From Saccostrea cucullata (taxonomy: Eukaryota), in the NCBI RefSeq assembly GCF_032062105.1, contig NW_026925719.1, positions 1 to 64,000 on the forward strand: DNA of 64,000 bases. The letters run 5' to 3'. Below the pieces are notes generated by a model, which was not told the DNA's origin, ran no database searches, and saw nothing but the letters and a program-made list of their open reading frames with translations. Numbering within the stretch: position 1 is the stretch's first letter; each line of letters starts with the position of its first letter. Position numbers and translations under genes: made by a program. This document shows, piece after piece, positions 1 to 10,834 of the stretch.

Positions 1-551
1 GCATTTTCAATGCCTATACGATGTATGTCTTTCCAAAATAAGTGGGGGATAAGCCCCCTCCCCTTGCCTTTCGCCCGGTTTCGATGCCTATGCTATACCC
101 AAACAATGGATATGTATTTACATTACCGGTATGACGTTGAAAACTATCAATAATTGAATTAATTAAATTAAAACAGATGAAAACTACAAATTTTTAAGTA
201 CAGTAAAACGTATGAGAGAGAAAGATTTTTTTCATAGTCTTGAAAAATCAAATTGCCCCTCTTTCTTAAGATAAATACTTTGCTGTAAGTCGTTCACTTT
301 TACCCCCCCCCCCCCCCCCATCTACATATTACAGACTAGAAATTTTAGAAAGAAACGGCAATAATAATATTAAACAATCATCTCTCTATTTTTTCTAAAA
401 GACCCATTTCCCTTTTATGATGTTAATCAAAACCTTAAATATTCAAAAGTCAATATCTTAGGTCCTGATTTGACCTTATCACCAAAAAGTTATCCAACTA
501 GGGTCAATTATTTATCATACCGATTATTTCTAAGATTATCAAGCAAGCTTT

Positions 552-701
552 ACATTTTTTTTTCAAAGTGCGATAATATGATCGATATTAACGCGCTTTG
601 AAAAGAAATTTGATTTTTTCAAAGTGCGTTAGCTTGGTCCCAAATTTAACGCACTTTGAAAAATTTTTTCAAAGTGCGTAATTTTTCAAGTGCGTTGTAA
701 C
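552..701. repeat. Cluster of short direct/inverted TTTTTCAAAGTGCG motifs ending in ...TGCGTTGTAACA; probable DNA-transposon terminus
   Basis: The motif recurs about 6 times in both orientations and stops abruptly at 701, which resembles subterminal repeats. The partner end is not identified. Confidence 0.4.
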
Positions 702-799
702 AAACCATGGTCAATGACCTTGTGTCCTATATGCTAAAATAGTTTTTTGGAACTTTGTTGCCGACGGGCGCATGGTGTTTCACAAACACATCTTGTTTT
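702..799 (+). mobile_element. 3' end fragment of a Helentron-associated (HINE) element
   Basis: Ends ...GGGCGCATGGTGTTTCACAAACACATCTTGTTTT, the same 3' terminal hairpin motif as the element ending at ~63082. Confidence 0.6.
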
Positions 800-1354
800 A
801 AGGACGGATGATACAAACAAACTTTTGTCAAAAATTTTGAAAATAACAACTTGGGTCATGTTTTAAGAATAAAATGAATAGGTTTCACCGCGTAGTTTTT
901 AATTTTTTATTCTAATTTGCACAAACATGGAATTTGAAGTAAAGTCAGGGATCATAAACATGATTTAAATACCACCATTAGTGCATTTCAAGAATATTTC
1001 TCGAATTCAGAAGGGTAGAATTTGAATGTCACAGAAGGTTTACAATTTCTTTATATTCTAGAAATTTATTATTTGCATCAGTTGCATACCAATCCAGGCA
1101 TCCATTTTTTGTTTGTATCATCTGTCTTTAATGAGGATGTTCACTGCATTTTTGTTTTTGACAGTAAATCCTCAAAGTTTGCATATAGAGGAAAGACCTA
1201 CTTTTTTTTGTAAAAATAATTTTTTATGAAATATTAATTATTAGAATCTTTTCGAGAAATATTCTTGAAGTGCATTAAGTCAGGGATCATAAACATGATT
1301 TAAATACCACCATTAATGCAGTTCAAGAATATTCCTCGAATTCTCGAAAAGAAA

Positions 1355-1430
1355 GACTTGTGTAGTTTCGTGGTTAGCGTGCAGTCTGGTCTCCAAAGAA
1401 ACAGTTAAGGTTCGAACCCGACGGATACCA
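1355..1430 (+). mobile_element. tRNA-derived pol III head (SINE/MITE relic), not a functional tRNA; inverted copy at ~13867-13950
   Basis: A-box-like TAGTTTCGTGG, B-box GGTTCGAACCC and terminal CCA, but no intact cloverleaf stems. Confidence 0.5.
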
Positions 1431-2556
1431 TTATATTTTTATTTTTAAAAAATTTGCCGTGAAATATTTTCCTCGAAAAAATTCTTATAATAAATACTTA
1501 ATTCATAAAATGAACACGTGTTTTATATATGTGAAACTATTGGTTTTCTGCACGCTATGTTCGCAAATCTTAGCTGCAGATCTGTAGCGTTATGGTTTTA
1601 TATAGTAGTCTGTTATGGTCAAGAATATCATATATAAGTAAAAATAATCACAATAACAATATTGAATGTCTATAAAAAATCTCATATTTGTAAATAAAAG
1701 AAAAAAGATTTCACACTTTCAATTGAATTTTGATTCTGTTGTACAAATAGAGAAAAGAAAAGAATATGATATAGGAGGTAAAAGTAAAAATTTAATCAAC
1801 AATAACAATATTGGGAATGTCTATAAAAAAAAATCCATCAAAGTTTCGTATAACATATAAATGAATCTTCAATTCTTCATTTCGATGCTTTACATACATT
1901 GGTAAAATTACACATATGTAGTATGCTGAAAGACTTTACTGGGTTTGGTTTGGTTTGAACATATTTTATTGTTAAGATGTTAATTATAACAAAAGGATTG
2001 GACACAAGTACTTAATACTTAGAACGTCCTCTCCTTAACTTTACTGGGCTAGATTACGCGTATTTATATTTGCGTAGTACAGTTTTTTTTTAACATTTTG
2101 TAGTATTACATGTGTATGTGGTAAACTACAATAATAACAAATGAGACATTCAACAATTGAGTATTTGAAATACTCACAAGTCAAAATCTATATGTAGTAC
2201 ATAATTATAACGACACGCCAGAAATTTCTGTTTTCGTGTGCACATCTTCGTTTGCCAAGGAAGAAGTTCCGCTCAGACTCTGCTTTCTTCAGCAATTTAA
2301 AGAAAAAGATGCCATTATGCAATAAGAATGGGATGAAAATTAAGGGCAAGTTAATCATGTTGGATTTCAAGGTCAAATTATCCGGCACCTTTTCGGGACA
2401 AATGGACGAAAAGGGGTAATACGCAGAGCTGCGGTTCTTGGCTTAAAATTTTGAATTGAATGGAGAGGTAGGGAAAAAAACCAAATAAAAAAAAATAAAA
2501 AAAAAAAATATAGTGCTCAATCGGTCGGACACCCAACTCCAGTATTGTTTGTTGGC

Positions 2557-3549
2557 TTAGCCATTGGTTTTCGCCTTAAGTTCATTAGAATTTGTATCTT
2601 TCTTCAAACATCTCTTTTTAAAACTAGAATAAAAATATTTCATAGTCAGTATGTCTGCCAAACAGATAAGAGCAATGATTCCAAAAATGTTCCAAAGGGA
2701 CGGTGGAGGCCGACGGACTACGAACGTCTGCCGGAAGTTGATGTCCCAGATGACACCATCCAAGTGATTCTGAGTACACAAGACGAACAGGATATGAAAG
2801 ATTTGGTGGCTGTTTCCTATGAAGTCAAAAGTCCCCGGTGAGAGACGTTCTGGGAGTTTTGTAGAGTAGAAGAAACAGACGCCAATCATACTGGCCATTT
2901 GTTTAAGATGGTGAGCGATCCCGTCCGTCCACTCGTAGTTCCAGATTCTATGGAGAATTGGAATGTTGGACAAAAGATATATTGCACCTGGACCCGAAAC
3001 TGTTAAGGCTGTCGAATTAAGTTCATGAAGTTTAGCTTTGGACATCGATCCAAAGGCGGTACTTAGTATAGCAAGTACTGAACCGAAGTAAAACACGTTC
3101 CTCAGAAGAACCGACTCCAAGAAACACTGATCCAAAGAATAATAGTAGTGGGTAAGTATGGAGCCGTATCCAAAGAGACCGATACATGCATAATCTGCCA
3201 TAAACAAACAACAGTTCACTTGCATAGATTTGTGAGAAAACATGTGCGCGGTACTACTGGTGATGAACATGACCGTAAAAGAGAGAACTGTTGCTAAAAG
3301 GGGCCACGTGTAGGGGTCACCAAGGTCAAAGTTGACACATATTTGGTACAGACGTGACATCATCAGAAGCGTGCCCACGACATGCGTCCAGACATTGAGA
3401 GTCTCCATGTTCTTGTAGAAGACGCTGTAGAGGTAGTATGTCCATGGCTCGTGAATATAGCGGTACCCTGCCTCTATGTATGGCACGTGGAAATAGGCCG
3501 GGACCCGGGATTTAGGGAAGGTCTTCTTGTATAACTCGCCCTGAAACAT
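2557..3549 (-). CDS. Class II PAQR / membrane progestin receptor-like 7TM protein, copy A (330 aa)
   Basis: PAQR motifs PYIxxGYR, ETLNVWTH, SSTAH and PERxxPGxFDFIGNSHQIFH, plus about 7 hydrophobic segments. An acceptor ctgtag lies 3 nt before the ATG. Confidence 0.93.
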   Translation of the reverse strand: MFQGELYKKTFPKSRVPAYFHVPYIEAGYRYIHEPWTYYLYSVFYKNMETLNVWTHVVGTLLMMSRLYQICVNFDLGDPYTWPLLATVLSFTVMFITSSTAHMFSHKSMQVNCCLFMADYACIGLFGYGSILTHYYYSLDQCFLESVLLRNVFYFGSVLAILSTAFGSMSKAKLHELNSTALTVSGPGAIYLLSNIPILHRIWNYEWTDGIAHHLKQMASMIGVCFFYSTKLPERLSPGTFDFIGNSHQIFHILFVLCTQNHLDGVIWDINFRQTFVVRRPPPSLWNIFGIIALICLADILTMKYFYSSFKKRCLKKDTNSNELKAKTNG

Positions 3550-4201
3550 AGCCTACAGATAGTTAATCAATGATTATAAAATATTTATACAAAACAGTTT
3601 GAAACATCCGTTACATTAATTAAAGCAATATGAGCTGCATTTTCGAGAATTTTATTTTGCTGGTTAAATGTGTTATTATGATTAATTTGTATATTATTTA
3701 AACCCTTTATATGACAAATAAGACCACCATAAAGTTTTAAAATGTTTTAGAAGGATTATTTCTTTACAATCGAATATACAGTATTGCATAAGAAGTCATT
3801 ATTGTACAGGATGACAATAATGCAATTTTGCTTCAATCAGAGCTTATAAAAAGTTCTTCCATCGCATTTATGAACAACAGAAGTTTATAAATGTTGTATT
3901 TTTCTGTCATTGAAATAGTTCATTACAAATTTGCAACAAAATTTTCCGATGTCATACATGCAGCTCATATTCCATCCTCCTATGATGTCATATGTTTTTG
4001 CAAAAACTCTGATTAATTTAAATTCATATCCAATAGAATAATATCTTTTGGAAGAATTCTATTCAATAGGTGTAATGATGAAAATTGATATTAAAGTAAA
4101 ATATTTTTAATATGCATATTTGCTTCATTTAAGCAATTATTCAATCTTTAAAAAAAAAGCTGACAGGGAAAATAACTCCTCAAGTATCTTCATTCAGGCA
4201 T

Positions 4202-5610
4202 TTTTAGGTCACCTGAGTAACTCAGGTGACCTATTGCTATCCGTTTTCGTCCGTCGTCGTGCGTCGTGTTAACATTTGAACATTTTCAGCTTTTTCTCTG
4301 AAACCACTGAACCAATTTCAACCAAATTTGGTATACAACATCTATGGGTAAAGGGAAACAAAAATTGTGTTATGCTCCCCGCCCCCCTGGGGCCTGAGGG
4401 GTGGGGCCAAGACCACTAAAATTATTGCAATCTTTAAAAATCTTCTTCTTTACTCCTGGACATCAAGCAGACAAACTGTTGGTATGAATGTAATGAGCAT
4501 TGAGTCCTCTACCAAAATTGTGAAATTCATGGCCCCAGGGTCAGGGGTTCTAGTGCTAGGGTGGGGCTATATAGATTATATAGTGAAAATGCATGATTTC
4601 TTTGAAAATCTTCTTCTCTGCTCCTGGGTATTAAGTAAAGTAACCAAGCACATAATTATCATGAGCAAGAGTGCCTCTTCCAAAATCGTGAATTTTATGG
4701 ACCCAGGGCCAGGGGTTCTGGTGTTAGGGCGGGGCTCTATTGATTATATAGTGAAAATGCATTTATTCTTTGAAAATCTTCTTTTCTGCTTCTTGGTATT
4801 AAATAAACTAACTAAGTATATAGTTATGATGAGCAAGAGTGCCTCTTCCAAAATTGTTAATTTTGTGTCCCCAGGGTCAGGGGTTCTGGTGTTAGGGCGG
4901 GGCTCTATTGATTATATAGTGAAATACATTAATTCTTTGAAAATCTTCTTCTCTGCTCCTGGGTATTAAATAAACTAAGTAAGTACATAGTTATGTTGAG
5001 CATAAGTGCCTCTTTCAAAATTGTGAATTTTATGGCCCCAGGGTCATGGGTTCTGGTGTTGGGGCGGGGCTCTATTGATTACTAGTATATAGTGAAAATA
5101 CATTAATTCTTTGAAAATCTTTTCCTCTGCTCCTGGGTTTTATGCCAATGATCCAAGTATATATATTTATGATGAAGAAAGGTGCATCTAGCAAAATGGT
5201 TAATTTTTATGCCCCCCGCGGGTCGGGGATGGGGGGAATGGGGGGTTACATAGTCTGAAAATAAATTAATGCTTTGAAATCTGCTTTTTGGTATTAATCA
5301 ACCATTTTATGATAAAATTTGCAAAATTTTGAAATATGTTGCCCAAGGGTCAGTGGTTCCTTTGGGATGAGGTGCACAACTGGTTATAAAGGGGAAGTGC
5401 ATTTTCTCTTTGTTACTCTGATCTACCTACTGGGTATTAAGTAAATAGAGTAAGCATGTTAAGTTTATAATTGTGATAAGCAATGGTGCCTCTTTCAAAA
5501 TAGTGAATTGCGAATTTCATGGCCTCTGGTTTAAAACACGAACCAAATTTAATTGTTTGAAAGTTGTTACACAATACTCAGGTGACCTATAAGGCCCGTG
5601 GACCTCTTGT
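4202..5610 (+). mobile_element. Non-autonomous Helentron (HINE) with 168-bp internal tandem repeats
   Basis: 5' palindrome TAGGTCACCTGAG-TAA-CTCAGGTGACCTA, a (CGT)n microsatellite, units starting ~4513/4681/4849/5017, and a 3' subTIR CTCAGGTGACCTA with hairpin AGGCCCGTGGACCT-CTTGT. Confidence 0.88.
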
Positions 5611-5884
5611 CCTTATTGTACTTCTAATGTAAAAAAGTTTCCCCGATATTCATAATTCAAAAGTATCTTATAAGTAGCAAGTTTTAGGAACTTTCAGCAT
5701 CAGAATTATGCATTTGAACCAGTTTTTACATAATTTTTATGATGCTGTTTACAAGAAATGTACGATTTTTATGTTGACATATACTTCTGTTTATTTATGC
5801 CTCCCGTCTGAAATAATATGGCGACATATACATTTTTTGCGATAAATGGAACATTTAAACTTTATTAAATGAAATTAAATACAG

Positions 5885-5885
<1 letters not shown>

Positions 5886-5945
<60 letters not shown>

Positions 5946-5972
5946 CTGTCGTTGTTGTCGTTGTCGTTGTCA

Positions 5973-6037
<65 letters not shown>

Positions 6038-6045
6038 TACAAAGT

Positions 6046-6090
<45 letters not shown>

Positions 6091-7309
6091 TTTCAAGGGG
6101 AGATAATCATGAATTTGTTAAAAAATTAATGGCATTTTTAAAAATCTTCTTCTCAGGTAGTGTAGATTCAAGTTTGTTCAAATCATGACCCCCGGGGCTA
6201 GGGTGGGGCCAAAATGGCCGACCCAAGTTTTACATAGGAAGTATATGGGAAAAATCTTTAAAAATCTTCTTCTCAAGATCCACTGGGCCAGGAAAGATGT
6301 AACTCATGTGGAATCATCCTCAGGTAGTGTAGATTCAAGTTTGTTCAAATCATGACCCCCGGGGCTAGGCTGGGGCCAAAATGGCCAACCAAAATTTTAC
6401 ATTGAAGTATATGGGAAAAATCTTTAAAAATCTTCTTCTCAAGAACCACTGGGCCAGGAAAGATGAAACTCATGTGGAATCATCCTCAGGTAGTGTTGAT
6501 TCAAGTTTGTTCAAATCATGACCCCCGGGGCTAGGGTGGGGCCAATATGGCCGACCAAAATTTTACATAGGAGTATATAGGAAATATCTTTAAAAATCTT
6601 CTTCTCAAGAACCACTGGGCCAGGACAGATGAAACTCATGTGGAATCATCCTCAGGTAGTGTAGATTCAAGTTTGTTCAAATCATGACCCCGGGGGGTAG
6701 GGTGGGGCCAAAATGGCTGATCAAAGTTTTACATAGGAATATAAAAATCTTCTTCTTAAGAACCACTGGGCCAGGACAGATGAAACTCATGTGGAATCAT
6801 CCTCAGGTAGTGTAGATTCAAGTTTGTTCAAATCATGACCCCCTGGGTAGGGTGGGGCCAAAATGGCTGATCAATGTTTTACATAGGAATATATAGGAAA
6901 AATCTTTAAAAATCTTCTTCTCAAGAACCATTGAGACAGGAAAGATGAAACTCATGTGAAATAATCTTCAGGTAGTTTAAATTCAGATTTGTTCAAATTA
7001 TGACCCCCGGGGGTTAGGGTGGGGCAAAAATGGCCAACCAAAGTCTTACGTAGGAATATATATAGGGAAAACTTTTAAAATATTCTTTTCAAGTACTTCA
7101 AAGCCATGATTAGTGATATTTATATGGAATCATCCTTAGGTAGTGTAGATTCTAGTTTGTTTAAATCATGACCCCCTGGGGGGGTTAAAATTCAAGCCCC
7201 CCCCCCCCCCCAGCACCTCCCCCTCAGTAAACTTTCAGTTCTGATCAGATATGTGCTTTTTCCTAGCTGATGTGCTCAGGTGAGCGCTGTGGCCCCTGGG
7301 CCTCTTGTT
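5886..7309 (+). mobile_element. HINE carrying about 7 units of ~166-bp oyster Cg170/HindIII-type satellite
   Basis: 5' TTTTAGCTCACCTGAGCCGAAGGCTCAAGTGAGC, a GTCGTT microsatellite, ~166-bp periodicity (CATGACCCC at ~6184, 6351, 6517, 6683, 6834, 7167), and 3' CTCAGGTGAGCG...GGCCCCTGGGCCTCTTGTT. Confidence 0.9.
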
Positions 7310-8589
7310 ATACTTTGAACCATTAGAATTGTGAGGGTGGAAAGAACTTAAGCCTTTTGTTGTCAAATGCGGGAAGAAGGCAGTATGTTCAGATGTTTGG
7401 TTGAATATGCTCTATGGAAAATTACATTGATTTGAAATGTATGCACAACAATGCAATTTGCCTGGGTGGGTTGGGGTGTTCAGGCACTATCTTTAATAAA
7501 GAAAAGGAATATTTCATATTTATGTTGCAACTGAGGGAAGGACAGGGTTTTTCAAATTAGGAGGGCACCACCGCCGTATTACATGGTGGTGAGAGCCCCA
7601 TATGTATGTTTGATTAACACAGTAACCTGTTAAACACAATCCATCGATTACAGTACATGAATACACCCAAAGGCAACAAGTACTGGGTATATTGACTTAT
7701 TGTTACATGCAGTCGGATCACACTGGGGTGTCCGAGTTATACATGTCATGACTGATCGATTTCTGTAATACTGTGAAGTTACTGATCTCTGTATATACGG
7801 ACTTTAATTTCCGTGTTTGTCTTTGTACATAAAATGTTGGTATAGCGTAAATAGGAACGAAATCTAGATGAAAACATGAATGATTTTAGTTGTACAGTCA
7901 TGCATGATGTTGTGTGTAAATGAGAAGAAAAATCCCTGACATTTATCATTCATCGTCTGTCATCTGGAGCAGCCTGTATAAAATATTATGAACAATAGCT
8001 AAGAAAATTTAAAATTAACTTATGAATACCCGGTGAATGTTTGTGAAAAACTGAATACCGCTGTCCACTATACTTAGTATTTTTTTTTAAACCTACCCCT
8101 ATCATAACAATTCTGGAAGGGCTTGAGCAGCTACAGGACGGAGGTCTATTTTAGTCGTAGTAGCGACACATTCCCAAACTTTTTCAATGAAACACAAAAC
8201 AAAAGAAAACACTGTATAATTTCGTAAGGGGCTGAGAGTACCTGCCTTGAATAACAAAGCGCCACTATACTTAGAGATATACGTACCATGAGTTCGCGCA
8301 CGCACGTTCTCTCCGTTAAGTCCCCCGATCCTTACACATATCACCTTACTAAAAGAAGATTATCATCACAGTCTCTGCTAGTACAAGACCGTGAAATTCC
8401 GTCCTTCCTTACGGATTGATAAAGTACTGTTAGAAAAAGGACACAGTGATAATCTATGAAAAATTATAGAGGATATGATAAATCCTTTTACTAAATTTAA
8501 ATGTGATATTTATCTACCAGCATTTTCATATAAGAATCTTCAAGATCCTAAACGGATCCAAGAATTTTACAAAGGGGGTTGGGGTCCAT

Positions 8590-9760
8590 ATCCCTGAATC
8601 TAATATTTTTTTTCAAATTTCTTAAGCTTGTTCAACCATTTTCTTTCATTATTAGATACTTTGTCGTGTCCTAAGAAAATTCCTAATGGTTTAATAGGTT
8701 TATTTGTCATTTTAATTCCTTCTACATCTTCCAGCATGTTTTTAAGCGGTCCTAAGAGAATATCCGTTGTTTTTTTTTTCTAAATTTAACTTGAAAAGCA
8801 CCAGACATTTCAGATTTTATTACTTTAATAGTCTCTTTTAAGGATTCTCGATTTTTTATTGGCAATGTGCAGTCGTCTGCATGTTGTAAACATTTTATTT
8901 CATTTGATTGTCCAGTTTTGAAACCTTGTATATTTACAGAAGCATTTATTTTAAACACCAGGATTTCAATAACAAAAAGAAAGAGCTATGTTAAGACGGG
9001 ACATCCTTGTCTAATACCTCTTGACATTGTACATTTTCTAGTTAACCAGTGATTATTTTTAACATGAAAATAAGGCTTTATGTGTAAAATTTTCACCCAT
9101 CTAAGGAAATTTTCTCTAAAGTTGAACTTTTTAAGAGTTTGAAACAAGAATGTCCATTCAACTGAATCAAATGCTTTTTGAAAATCAGCAAACAATAATA
9201 TTCCTTCTTCATTGTTTTCTTCACAATATTCATATATATCTTGTATTTATCTTGTAATCTTGTCTTTTCACTAATAAAGCTTCCCTTGGTAAAACCTGTT
9301 TGATTGTCATTAATGAGTTTGTCCATAATAATTTGTACATGGTCTCTTTGCAAATACGAAAGCTAAAATCTTATAATCGCAATTTATTAAACTAATATGA
9401 CGATAGTTATCAAGATTTATTAAGCTCCTTTTTTATGTATGAGTGACATAACAGAAGATCTTTGTAAAGATGATAATTCGCGTACTTCAAATGATCTCAC
9501 ATAATGGTAGATCATACAAATGATCTCACTTTAAATGATCTCACCATAGGCTTTCATATCAATAAAATATTTCTAAACATTTTATAAAACTCCACGGGAA
9601 TTCCGTCTAATCCTGGTGATTTATTTAATTTCATACTTTAAACAGCTTCTGCACCTTCTTCAATTGTTAGAACTCGCAATTTTCTGTGTATCCTCATCAG
9701 ATAGGTAATTAGTAAGTTCCGTTTCTTGTAAATATCTATTTACATCGCTTATTGATATAT
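8590..9760 (-). mobile_element. Degenerate L1/Tx1-clade LINE reverse transcriptase fragment
   Basis: Frameshifted RT motifs KSPGLDGIPVEFYK, QTGF, DFQKAFDSVEW, RGIRQGCP, QHADD and KPLGIFLG. Confidence 0.88.
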
Positions 9761-10834
9761 TGTTATGTTAACATTAACATACAAATGTTATTTGTTAAAT
9801 TGTTGCAAATGGAAGAAATGATTTTTTTTCTGTTTACAGCCTAAATCCCCCCCCCCCCAAAAAAAAATCGTTAGCTACCCAAACTCGAAAATCATATTTC
9901 GCGTGAAGGGGAAGTGGTGTTGTTGGAGCTATCTCTATCTCTGATATGTTTTTATTGTGCTGAAATTTGTCTTTGTTCGATCGTACATGCAGCAAACAAA
10001 AAGTGGGGTGGGGGGGGATCTTCTGAAATTTACGTAGTAAAATTACATCAGTTAAAGTTCAACGATACACCCCCCGGGACTTGTTTAGATCGAGTGCATT
10101 TTTTCCCTGCTACATTTTCTGTATATACATACACAAATACTCATAACGTTAATTCTAAAACCAAAAATAGTGCACTAAGTAGGTTAATTAACCAAATCAT
10201 TGTACAGTATTTATGTATATGTTTTCGAAGCTGGCGTTTTATATATATATGAGAAATTTTAACTATAATCCTTAAAACATTATGCTTTGTCATTGAAGGT
10301 TTCTCTCCCAATGTTTTCCAGTGGTTTAAGAACATAATTATATGTAAATAAAGTCCCATGTCACAAAAGCTAGCATCAACAATACGATAAGCTTAAGCTC
10401 TTTTTGAATCCTGCATTAAAACATTTTACATTCTGTATTCTTTAATTTTCTTCTTCCTTTGCTTTATTAGGCCCTGATTTCATTTTTCAATCCTTTTCTA
10501 TACTCTGCAGTTTTCTAAAATATTTATCTGTTATATCAGACTCAAATGGGAATAAAAGGATCCACGCCTGTGTGCTTCTTATAGTGCCATGTATACATAA
10601 CGAAAGGTAGTGGCACGGTATGTAATTTACCTATCTAAGAAATCAATCATCTGTCTATAAGGTAAATATACTTCCGTATACCCGCATTTGACTTCAGTAG
10701 ACTGTACGTACATAATATAAGGGCACGGGCCTCAGGCTAAACTTGTTACATTGTAGAATGCCCATATGTACGGATCAGCGTTTTATCTACTCGGGTTTTA
10801 AAGGCCGCCGAGGAACACCAGCGTCGCTAGGTGG

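Larger units (their letters stand above)
1150..8330 (-). repeat. Left arm of inverted segmental duplication (PAQR copy A); homology covers ~1150-3615 and ~7349-8330
   Basis: The reverse complement aligns by eye to ~10835-14105 through the upstream region, CDS and 3' flank. Confidence 0.9.

Noticed and set aside
1355-1430. Possible tRNA genes (also 13867-13950, 14380-14460, 15470-15550)
   Set aside because: A/B boxes are present but acceptor and anticodon stems do not form; they are embedded in repeats and are SINE/MITE heads.
2545-2841. 98-aa + strand ORF (and its twin 12564-12902 on -)
   Set aside because: Antisense shadow of the PAQR CDS; it is shared only because the genes are duplicated.
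4367-4969. 200-aa repetitive ORF
   Set aside because: Read-through of 168-bp (multiple of 3) HINE tandem units; no protein features.
8102-8344. ORF pair 8102-8344 (-) and 10743-11060 (+) with similar peptides
   Set aside because: The similarity comes from the inverted duplication of the PAQR upstream region; indels shift frames between copies, so there is no coding constraint.
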